Assembly (NCBI GenBank): GCA_012729755.1
Contig: JAAYCN010000030.1
Coordinates: 18,738 to 82,737, forward strand
DNA length: 64,000 nt
Reading direction: 5' to 3'
Source: Chloroflexota bacterium
Lineage (GTDB): Bacteria; Chloroflexota; Anaerolineae; Anaerolineales; Anaerolineaceae
Shown here piece by piece: positions 1-6,759 of the stretch (the stretch's first letter is position 1; the number at the start of each line of letters is the position of its first letter). The notes under the pieces are model-generated. The model did no database searches, was not told the origin of the DNA, and saw only the letters and a program-made list of their open reading frames with translations. Both the position numbers and the translations under genes were made by a program.

Positions 1-1016
1 ACTTAGAAGTAAAACTTGGTGAATCATCCGCTCCGCTTGACCAGGTGCGAAGCTATTTCGCCATGCGCGAATTCGGCCGAAAGAAAGATGAAAAAGGCTA
101 TTGGCGCTTCACGTTGAACAATGAAGAGCTCTTTCTGTATGGTCCTCTCGATCAGGGTTACTTCCCTGACGGCCTTTATACTCCCCCATCTGAAGCAGCC
201 ATGATTTTCGACCTTGAGTATACAAAGAAAATTGGCTGCAACATGACCCGCAAGCATATCAAAATTGAGCCTCTGCGCTGGTACGCCGCTTGCGACCGTT
301 TGGGTCTGATCGTCTGGCAGGACATGCCCAACGGCGGACGTACCACCAAAGACATGGTGGTGCTCTTTAGCTTCACAGCCGGCATCCACCGCAATGATCA
401 GCATCGGCTCAAACGTTTTGGTCGTCAGGACCCCGAAAATCAGCGCGTTTTCCGCGAGGAACTGAAAGGTATGATTGATCACCTCTACAATGTGCCCTCA
501 ATCGCGGTTTGGGTGCCTTTTAATGAGGGGTGGGGTCAGTTTAAAGCCCTCGAGATCGGCGAATGGACAAAGCGATATGACCCCAGCCGCCTCGTCGACC
601 ACGCCTCGGGATGGTTCGACCAGGGCGGCGGCGACTTCCAGAGCCGTCATGTCTATTTCAAGAAACTCAGTGCGCGCATCCCTGATGATCGGATATTGGC
701 TGTCACCGAATTCGGCGGTTATAGCCTGAAAACGCCCGATCACATGTGGGATGAAGACAAGAAGTTCGGCTATCGCTTTTATAACTCCCCTGCCGCGTTA
801 GAAAAAGGCTACTTCGATTTGATTGAGAAACAGGTCGAGCCGCTCATTCCGCTTGGGCTCAGCGCCGCGATTTATACCGAACTGACCGATGTTGAGACTG
901 AGATTAACGGTTATCTTACCTACGACCGCAAAGCGGAAAAAATGGATGCCAACAGCCTCTTTGACCTCCACCAACGCTTAATCAACTGGCGAGAACACAA
1001 ATCCGTTACACAGTGA
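1..1016 (+). CDS. Glycoside hydrolase family 2-like enzyme, C-terminal part (5' end lies outside the window)
   Basis: The frame stays open from the window edge to the stop at 1014-1016. TIM-barrel-type motifs recalled from GH2 enzymes are present (F.LNN..LFLYG, WQDMPN, FNEGWGQ acid/base region). Confidence 0.75.
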   Translation, partial: LEVKLGESSAPLDQVRSYFAMREFGRKKDEKGYWRFTLNNEELFLYGPLDQGYFPDGLYTPPSEAAMIFDLEYTKKIGCNMTRKHIKIEPLRWYAACDRLGLIVWQDMPNGGRTTKDMVVLFSFTAGIHRNDQHRLKRFGRQDPENQRVFREELKGMIDHLYNVPSIAVWVPFNEGWGQFKALEIGEWTKRYDPSRLVDHASGWFDQGGGDFQSRHVYFKKLSARIPDDRILAVTEFGGYSLKTPDHMWDEDKKFGYRFYNSPAALEKGYFDLIEKQVEPLIPLGLSAAIYTELTDVETEINGYLTYDRKAEKMDANSLFDLHQRLINWREHKSVTQ

Positions 1017-1025
1017 CCTGCTGTT

Positions 1026-1050
1026 AAAACAAAAGCCGGTCAAAACCGGC
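1026..1050 (-). terminator. Intrinsic terminator after tRNA-Val, possibly bidirectional with the GH2 gene
   Basis: Hairpin gccggt-caaa-accggc (1035-1050). On the minus strand it is followed by ttttgtttt; on the plus strand it sits 19 nt after the GH2 stop. Confidence 0.6.
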
Positions 1051-1054
1051 TGTG

Positions 1055-1128
1055 TGGGTGGTATAGGACTCGAACCTACGACCTTTGCGATGTCAACGCA
1101 ACGCTCTAACCAACTGAGCTAACCGCCC
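1055..1128 (-). tRNA. tRNA-Val (anticodon GAC)
   Basis: The reverse complement folds as a cloverleaf: acceptor GGGCGGT/ACCACCC (one C-A mismatch), D arm GCTC..GAGC, anticodon stem TTGCG/CGCAA with loop TTGACAT, T arm GTAGG-TTCGAGT-CCTAT. CCA is not encoded. Confidence 0.9.
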
Positions 1129-1139
1129 ATGGATTGCGT

Positions 1140-1168
1140 ATTATAACTGACCCCTTTTCATCCTGCAA
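1140..1168 (-). promoter_or_regulatory. Putative sigma-70 promoter for tRNA-Val
   Basis: Minus strand reads TTGCAG, a 17-nt spacer, then TATAAT. The -10 ends 11 nt upstream of the tRNA 5' end. Confidence 0.45.
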
Positions 1169-1200
1169 GGGGCAACCACACCTCACAAGCAATTGAATAC

Positions 1201-1287
1201 TTCTGTTTGACGAAATAAGACATGTCAGTATTATTTTCTTAGTGCTTTTTGAACAACTGAATAGGTTGAGGTGACCCGTTGCCCGGA
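1201..1287 (+). repeat. Direct repeat copy A: orphan promoter (TTGACG-16 nt-TATTAT) plus the first nucleotides of a cobalamin riboswitch, truncated
   Basis: 82/87 identity with 2964-3050, and the last 55 nt are identical. Similarity ends after gcccgga. There is no downstream + strand gene. Confidence 0.9.
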
Positions 1288-1408
1288 TTTCCGCCGTCAG
1301 AGGTTCCTTTTATTCGCTCCCCTTTATTTATCTTTGCGCTGTCGGTCAGAACAGGTGTTTCCCAACATATCCTACCCGCCAGACAGCCTGTGCAACCCTT
1401 TTATTGTC

Positions 1409-1447
1409 ACAAAAATCGAGACCAGGCAGATCAAGTGATCCGCCTGG
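1409..1447 (-). terminator. Putative intrinsic terminator of the BNR propeller gene
   Basis: Hairpin ccaggc-a-gatc aagt gatc-c-gcctgg (1422-1447). On the minus strand it is followed by tctcgattttt, 28 nt after the stop codon. Confidence 0.45.
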
Positions 1448-1474
1448 AACCTTTCATTCCCATTAGATAGCTGT

Positions 1475-2518
1475 TTATCGTAAGATCAGCGGCAGGAACG
1501 CCAAATGCCCCCGCTGGCCTTTGAAAACTTTCCCCCCATTAGTTCCCGCGTAGAGTGTCGAAGGCGTCTGCGGGTCGATCGCCAGCATGGTTACTTGAGT
1601 ATCTGTCAGTCCGGTATTGACTGCGTTCCAGATCTCTCCCCCGTTCACGCTCTTGAACACGCCACCCCCAACAGTTCCCGCGTAGAGTGTCGAAGGCGTC
1701 TGCAGATCGATCGCCAGTGTTAGTACATCTTTTTTTGTCAGTCCATTGTTGACTGCGCTCCAGGTCTCTCCCCCGTTCACGCTCTTGAACACGCCACCCC
1801 CAACAGTTCCCGCGTAAAGCGTTGAAGGCGTCTGCGGGTCAACCGCCAGCGCATAAATATCGTTCTTCAGTCCATTGTTGGCTGCGCTCCAGGTCTCTCC
1901 CCCGTTCACGCTCTTAAAGACGCCCCTCCAGGTTCCTGCGTAAAGCGTCAAATGCGTCTCCGGGTCGATCGCCAGTGAATGGACATAGAACGCGTCCCTC
2001 AGACCGGTACTGGCCACACTCCAGGACTCTCCCGCGTCTGTGCTCCTATACAAGAGATCACCTGCCCAAATTCCTGCGTAAAGCCTCGAGGGCGCCTGCG
2101 GGTCAATCGCCAGCGAATGAACAGTACTATTCGAAGCCAAACCATTGTTAACCGCGCTCCAGGTTCCTCCTCCATTCACGCTCTTGAAGACACCACCCTC
2201 CATAGTACCCGCGTAAAGCGTCAAAGGCGTCTCTGGGTCGATCGCCAGCGAAAGGATTTTGGTCGCTGGCAAACCGTTGTTAACCGCGCTCCAGGTTCCT
2301 CCTCCATTCACGCTCTTGAAGACACCACCCGCATCAGTTCCCACGTAAAGCGTCGAAGGCGTCTGCGGGTCAATCGCCAAAGCCCAGACTCTGCCTCCCT
2401 CAATCCCGGCATCTGACCGTTGCCAGATTATTCCTTCTGCCGCCCGCGCCTCAGAACATGGCAAACTTATCGTCAGAATGACAACCGACAACAATACAAC
2501 AGTAAGTTTCTTTTTCAT
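1475..2518 (-). CDS. Secreted 7-bladed BNR/Asp-box (sortilin/Ycf48-like) beta-propeller repeat protein
   Basis: 347-aa ORF with an N-terminal signal peptide (MKKKLTVVLLSVVILTISLPCSEARA). Seven repeats of about 44 aa each, LAIDPxTPSTLYAGT..GGVFKSVNGGxTWSAVNNGL. GGAG RBS upstream. Confidence 0.85.
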   Translation of the reverse strand: MKKKLTVVLLSVVILTISLPCSEARAAEGIIWQRSDAGIEGGRVWALAIDPQTPSTLYVGTDAGGVFKSVNGGGTWSAVNNGLPATKILSLAIDPETPLTLYAGTMEGGVFKSVNGGGTWSAVNNGLASNSTVHSLAIDPQAPSRLYAGIWAGDLLYRSTDAGESWSVASTGLRDAFYVHSLAIDPETHLTLYAGTWRGVFKSVNGGETWSAANNGLKNDIYALAVDPQTPSTLYAGTVGGGVFKSVNGGETWSAVNNGLTKKDVLTLAIDLQTPSTLYAGTVGGGVFKSVNGGEIWNAVNTGLTDTQVTMLAIDPQTPSTLYAGTNGGKVFKGQRGHLAFLPLILR

Positions 2519-2611
2519 TTCTACTCCAATCAGATTATCCTTCCGAGAGCTGATAAAAATTATACACTACCCCATCCATTCTAAAGCCGGCCGCGCGCGG
2601 ATCTATACGCG

Positions 2612-2768
2612 GAGGCTGACCCAAAAGCCTGGAATTAGAAAAAATTCGCTAAAAGTGGGAGCAATATTTTGTTTTACCCTATAAAAAGTAGTGCATTCCC
2701 AAAATAATGGCAAAAAAGACCTGAAAGTGGGGATGCAAAATCCTGACTTTGACTTTTGAGTCAGCCTC
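2612..2768. repeat. 16-nt inverted repeat pair in an unassigned non-coding region
   Basis: gaggctgacccaaaag (2612-2627) against cttttgagtcagcctc (2753-2768), 15/16 complementary, arms about 125 nt apart. Confidence 0.6.
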
Positions 2769-2963
2769 TGGCGAGTGTAACGAGACTGAAGAGGGTGTTT
2801 GGGCGCGTTTGCTGAATTCGCGTTGCCCAGGACGTGTTGGGTTGCACTCCAGAAGACAGAGGTCAGATAATATATGCGGTCGCTCCACCCAACCTGCATA
2901 AACCAACCACAGAACCTCGCCTTGGTTATACTGACCCTCTCCCCGTTGCACCACCCTGCGCTG

Positions 2964-3050
2964 TTCTGCTTGACGAAACAAGACAAGTTAGTATAATTTT
3001 CTTAGTGCTTTTTGAACAACTGAATAGGTTGAGGTGACCCGTTGCCCGGA
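2964..3050 (+). repeat. Direct repeat copy B: functional promoter plus 5' end of the cobalamin riboswitch
   Basis: 82/87 identity with 1201-1287. It continues into a complete aptamer. Confidence 0.9.
2970..2997 (+). promoter_or_regulatory. Sigma-70 promoter of the riboswitch-led corrinoid operon
   Basis: TTGACG (2970-2975), 16-nt spacer, TATAAT (2992-2997). Confidence 0.7.
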
Positions 3051-3145
3051 CGCCAGGGCGTAAAGGTGGAAGCTGGTTAGAGTCCAGCGCTGTACCGCAA
3101 CTGTAAGTCAGGTCATCTGACAAGCCAGGATACCTACCTCAACGT
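3020..3145 (+). promoter_or_regulatory. Cobalamin (AdoCbl-type) riboswitch aptamer
   Basis: P1 pairs gttgaggt (3028-3035) with acctcaac (3136-3143). Conserved core strings are present: ggaagc.ggt.agagtcc.gcgctgtaccgcaactgtaag and the B12-box-like gccaggatacctacc. It lies upstream of btuF-like transport genes. Confidence 0.88.
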
Positions 3146-3210
3146 TAGTCAATGAAACCTTCTCGGATTAAGGAGGTAATTTATGGTACGCATATAATTA
3201 CTGAATTCTT

Positions 3211-3240
3211 AACCCGACCAGCATGGCCGGGTTTTTCTTA
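3211..3240 (+). terminator. Intrinsic terminator, probable expression platform of the riboswitch
   Basis: Hairpin acccg-a-cc agcat gg-c-cgggt followed by ttttctta. It sits between the aptamer and the btuF RBS. Confidence 0.6.
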
Positions 3241-3286
3241 TTGTTTTGAATAATTTCTTCAACCTATTTACTAAGGAGATAAGTCT

Positions 3287-4300
3287 ATGTGGCGTAAAAG
3301 AATTTTTCCAATTTTGATTGTCATTTTGCTGGTGTTAACAACATACTTACTTGTCGCCAAAAAGCAAACCCCCGTCCCGACAGCGACACCAGTCCCAACG
3401 GTGGTCTCTGCTCCAACCGAGCCGCTGGCCGCAATCGCAGAACCCACAGCGGTGCCAGAGTTCCCGCTCACCGTCACGGATGGCACTGGCCGCGATGTCG
3501 AGATCAAAGCCGCGGCTCAAAGAGTCATCTCGTTATCGCCTTCAAACACAGAAATCCTCTTCGCTGTTGGGGCCGGCGATGCGACGGTAGCCAATACAGA
3601 CTATTGTGATTATCCCGAAAAAGCCGCAACTCTGCCTAAAGTCGGCGGCTTTTCTGCTGATTCGATCAGTATCGAAACAATTGTGTCATTGAAACCGGAT
3701 CTGGTTTTAGCGGACGCTGGCGGGCAGACAAGCTTAATCGAGGTGTTAGAGAAGGCAAACATCCCTGTGATCGCCTTAAAGGCAGGTTCTTTTGATGATG
3801 TTTATGCAAACATCGAAATGGTCGGGAAAGTTACCGGCCACAAAGAAGAGGCGACCAAGCTCGTCGAATCGATGAAGGCGCGTGTGGCAGCGGTTCAGGA
3901 AAAAATCAAAGATGTTGCCGAATCCGATCGACCCACTGTTTTCTGGGAAGTTTGGGACGAACCCTTGATGACCGCCGGTCCAAACACTTTCATCAGCCAG
4001 ATGATCACCCAGGGGGGAGGAGTCAATCTTTTCGCGGACGCGGCCGAAGATTATCCTTCAGTGAGCTCTGAAGAAGTCATTAAGAGGAACCCCGATTTCA
4101 TCATGGGCCCAGACTCGATGGGCGAAAAACTAACTACCGACCAGCTGGCATCCCAACCCGGTTGGGACAAGGTGAACGCGGTAGTAAATAATCATATCGT
4201 ATTGCTGGACGGGAATATGTCTTCACGGCCTGGTCCGCGGATCGTTGATATGGTTGAAACAATTGCGAAAGCTCTTTATCCAGAGTTTTTTGCCAAGTGA
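3287..4300 (+). CDS. btuF: Corrinoid ABC transporter substrate-binding protein (BtuF-like, Peripla_BP_2)
   Basis: 337 aa with AAGGAG RBS and an N-terminal TM/signal followed by a Pro/Thr linker. Motif ISLSPSNTEILFAVGAGD..V..TDYCDYP...LPKVGG......E.IVSLKPDLVLA. Riboswitch upstream. Confidence 0.88.
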   Translation: MWRKRIFPILIVILLVLTTYLLVAKKQTPVPTATPVPTVVSAPTEPLAAIAEPTAVPEFPLTVTDGTGRDVEIKAAAQRVISLSPSNTEILFAVGAGDATVANTDYCDYPEKAATLPKVGGFSADSISIETIVSLKPDLVLADAGGQTSLIEVLEKANIPVIALKAGSFDDVYANIEMVGKVTGHKEEATKLVESMKARVAAVQEKIKDVAESDRPTVFWEVWDEPLMTAGPNTFISQMITQGGGVNLFADAAEDYPSVSSEEVIKRNPDFIMGPDSMGEKLTTDQLASQPGWDKVNAVVNNHIVLLDGNMSSRPGPRIVDMVETIAKALYPEFFAK

Positions 4301-4380
4301 TTTCGTCTGAGATAGTCACCCTGCAGGGCATGAATACTTGTCATGCTCTGCAGGACACTTCTTTGAGAAGATAAAAAACA

Positions 4381-5406
4381 ATGAACTCTCGCAAGTTTCT
4401 TTTGTGGCTTCTGATATTATCCATCGCTTTGATTATCACGCTGATTATTAGCTTGGGGGTGGGAGCCGTTTTTATTCCTCCCGACCGTGTATTCGCTGTG
4501 CTCGTCAATCCAAACCAGTCTGGTTTAGATTCATCAGACATTGCGATTGTTCGTGATCTGCGCCTGGCGAGGGTGTTATTAGTGACGCTGGTCGGTGCAG
4601 GTCTCGCCGCGGCCGGCGCGGCTTTTCAGGCTTTGTTTCGCAATCCTTTGGCAGACCCCTACATCATTGGCGCCTCGAGCGGCGCTTCCCTGGGAGCAAC
4701 TTTGGCAATTGCCTTTGGTCTGACGTGGAAATTCGCCGGTTTTCGCCCGATTCCCCTGGCGGCATTTTTAGGCGCGCTGTCGGCTGTTTTTCTGGTTTAC
4801 ATCATCGCAGGTGGAAACAGCAAAGCGACTGTAATCAGCCTGCTTTTGGCAGGGGCTGCGGTGAGCACGGTGTTGTCATCGATGGTTTCTTTATTGATGC
4901 TGACGAAAAGCGAAAGCACCCATGAAATATTTGCCTGGTTGATGGGTAGTTTCAGCGGCAGAAGCTGGCCGCAATTATGGAGCAGTGGCCCATATCTTGT
5001 GTTGGGTATTTTAATGCTGTGGCTTGTTTCTCGTCCTTTGGATGCTTTATCCTGCGGTGAGGATACCGCTCGGACGATTGGCCTGTCTATTTCTAAAGCA
5101 CGGGGAGTTATCATTGCTGCCGCCAGCCTGGTTACAGCGGCGGCAGTGGCTTCTTCGGGTGTGATTGGCTTCGTTGGGCTGGTGGCGCCACATATTGCCC
5201 GCCTCCTGTTCGGCGCTTCCCACCATCGTCTTATTCCCGCCAGCGCCATCATCGGCGGCCTTTTGACCCTATTAGCGGATGACCTGGCGCGCACATTGAT
5301 GGCTCCCTATGAGTTGCCTGTTGGTTTAATCACCTCCCTCGTTGGCGGATCATTTTTCCTTTATTTAATCCGCGCACGCCAGCGCAGCCTTCGAGGCAAG
5401 TCATGA
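4381..5406 (+). CDS. btuC: Corrinoid ABC transporter permease (FecCD/BtuC family)
   Basis: 341 aa and polytopic. FecCD-type motifs RLARVLL..LVGAGLA.AGA.FQ.LFRNPLADPYI.G.SSGA. ATGA overlap with the next gene. Confidence 0.9.
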   Translation: MNSRKFLLWLLILSIALIITLIISLGVGAVFIPPDRVFAVLVNPNQSGLDSSDIAIVRDLRLARVLLVTLVGAGLAAAGAAFQALFRNPLADPYIIGASSGASLGATLAIAFGLTWKFAGFRPIPLAAFLGALSAVFLVYIIAGGNSKATVISLLLAGAAVSTVLSSMVSLLMLTKSESTHEIFAWLMGSFSGRSWPQLWSSGPYLVLGILMLWLVSRPLDALSCGEDTARTIGLSISKARGVIIAAASLVTAAAVASSGVIGFVGLVAPHIARLLFGASHHRLIPASAIIGGLLTLLADDLARTLMAPYELPVGLITSLVGGSFFLYLIRARQRSLRGKS

Positions 5407-6206
5407 CCACGTTCGCGATAGACCAAATATCCTGTGCCTATTATCAATTGCCTGTGCTCAGCCATATTTCTTTTGAAGTCCATGCTGGGGAAATATTGGC
5501 ATTAATCGGCCCGAACGGGGTCGGGAAAACCACCTTATTGCGTACCATGGCGCGTCTGATGCGCCCTGTTGAGGGGAAAGTTATTCTCATGGATCGGGAC
5601 CTGTGGGAAACTTCGCTGCGTGACACCGCCAAGAGCCTGGCGTTCGCCACCCAGGCGGGGAGTGACACCTGGGATGCCACCGTGGAAAAAATTGTCGCCT
5701 TAGGGCGCGCCCCGCATCGGGGATGGTTTATGCCTCTGACTGAACGCGACCGTCACATAGTAAAAAAGGCCGTCGAACAGGTGGGGTTGAAAGATCTCCA
5801 TGAACGGATTTCGTCAGAACTCTCAGGCGGTGAACAACAGCGCATGAACCTGGCGCGCGTGCTCGCTCAGGAACCATCGGTGTTGTTGTTGGATGAACCA
5901 ACCGCTCATCTCGACATGAAATACCAGACAGAAATATTGCATCTCATCCATAAGCTTGCCCATCGCGATGGCTTGACGGTTGTTATCAGTTTGCATGATT
6001 TAAACCTGGCAGCCATTTACGCTGACCGGGTTGTATTGTTGAATGATGGCGGTATCGATGCGATTGGCACGCCGGTTGAGGTGATGACCTCGCAGCGGCT
6101 GACGTCAGTTTATGGGGTGCCAATCTTAGTGACCAGGCATCCCTCGAGAGATATTCCCTTTATCCTGCCCGACATCCAATTAATGGAGGAGGCTGACAAT
6201 GAATAA
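5403..6206 (+). CDS. btuD: Corrinoid ABC transporter ATP-binding protein
   Basis: Walker A GPNGVGKTT, signature LSGGEQQR, Walker B LLLDEPT. Confidence 0.92.
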   Translation: MTTFAIDQISCAYYQLPVLSHISFEVHAGEILALIGPNGVGKTTLLRTMARLMRPVEGKVILMDRDLWETSLRDTAKSLAFATQAGSDTWDATVEKIVALGRAPHRGWFMPLTERDRHIVKKAVEQVGLKDLHERISSELSGGEQQRMNLARVLAQEPSVLLLDEPTAHLDMKYQTEILHLIHKLAHRDGLTVVISLHDLNLAAIYADRVVLLNDGGIDAIGTPVEVMTSQRLTSVYGVPILVTRHPSRDIPFILPDIQLMEEADNE

Positions 6207-6738
6207 TAAAAAAGAACGTAAAGGTTTGGTAATTGTAAATACGGGCAACGGAAAGGGAAAAACCACCGCGGCTGTCGGCACGTTATTCCGTTCTTATGGG
6301 CATGGCTTTCGAATCTGCGTTATTCAGTTCATCAAAGCTGAAGAAGTTAAAACGGGTGAGTTTTTGGCTGCTCAGTCCTTAGGAATTGAATGGCATTATT
6401 GTGGAGATGGTTTTGTCTTTGAGTCCGAAACAGCACAAAATTCAGCTGAAATAGCTCGAGAAGGCTGGCGGCTGGCGAAAGAAAAAATATCCGACCAAAA
6501 GTATGATCTGGTTATTTTGGATGAATTTACTTATCCGCTCAAATTCGGCTGGCTGGATATCAGCGAAGTAATTGATTGGCTGAAGGATAATAAGCCTTCA
6601 ACCATGCACCTCGTCATCACAGGCAGGAACGCTTTGCCCGAACTCATAGATTACGCAGATCTGGTAACTGAGATGAAAGAAATCAAACATCCATATCGAG
6701 AACAGAAAATTCCAGCCCAAATCGGTACTGATTTTTAA
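6199..6738 (+). CDS. cobO: Cob(I)yrinic acid a,c-diamide / corrinoid adenosyltransferase (CobO/BtuR type)
   Basis: 179 aa with VNTGNGKGKTTAA.G...R..GHG.....IQF.K and LDE..Y motifs. Overlaps the btuD stop. Confidence 0.88.
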   Translation: MNNKKERKGLVIVNTGNGKGKTTAAVGTLFRSYGHGFRICVIQFIKAEEVKTGEFLAAQSLGIEWHYCGDGFVFESETAQNSAEIAREGWRLAKEKISDQKYDLVILDEFTYPLKFGWLDISEVIDWLKDNKPSTMHLVITGRNALPELIDYADLVTEMKEIKHPYREQKIPAQIGTDF

Positions 6739-6759
6739 TAATTTGTAGAAGAGGTCAAA

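Noticed and set aside
1279-1470. 63-aa + strand ORF immediately downstream of repeat copy A. It could in principle be the gene driven by the orphan promoter.
   Set aside because: It has no RBS and starts with an alternative codon inside the repeat. The composition is Pro/Ser/Arg-rich and nothing is recognisable. The region also holds the probable terminator of the convergent BNR gene.
1201-3050. The 87-nt direct repeats as target-site duplications or ends of an IS, transposon or integrative element.
   Set aside because: There is no transposase or integrase between the repeats. 87 nt is far longer than known target-site duplications. No terminal inverted repeats were seen at the inner boundaries. 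I treat it as a segmental duplication or insertion scar instead (see findings).
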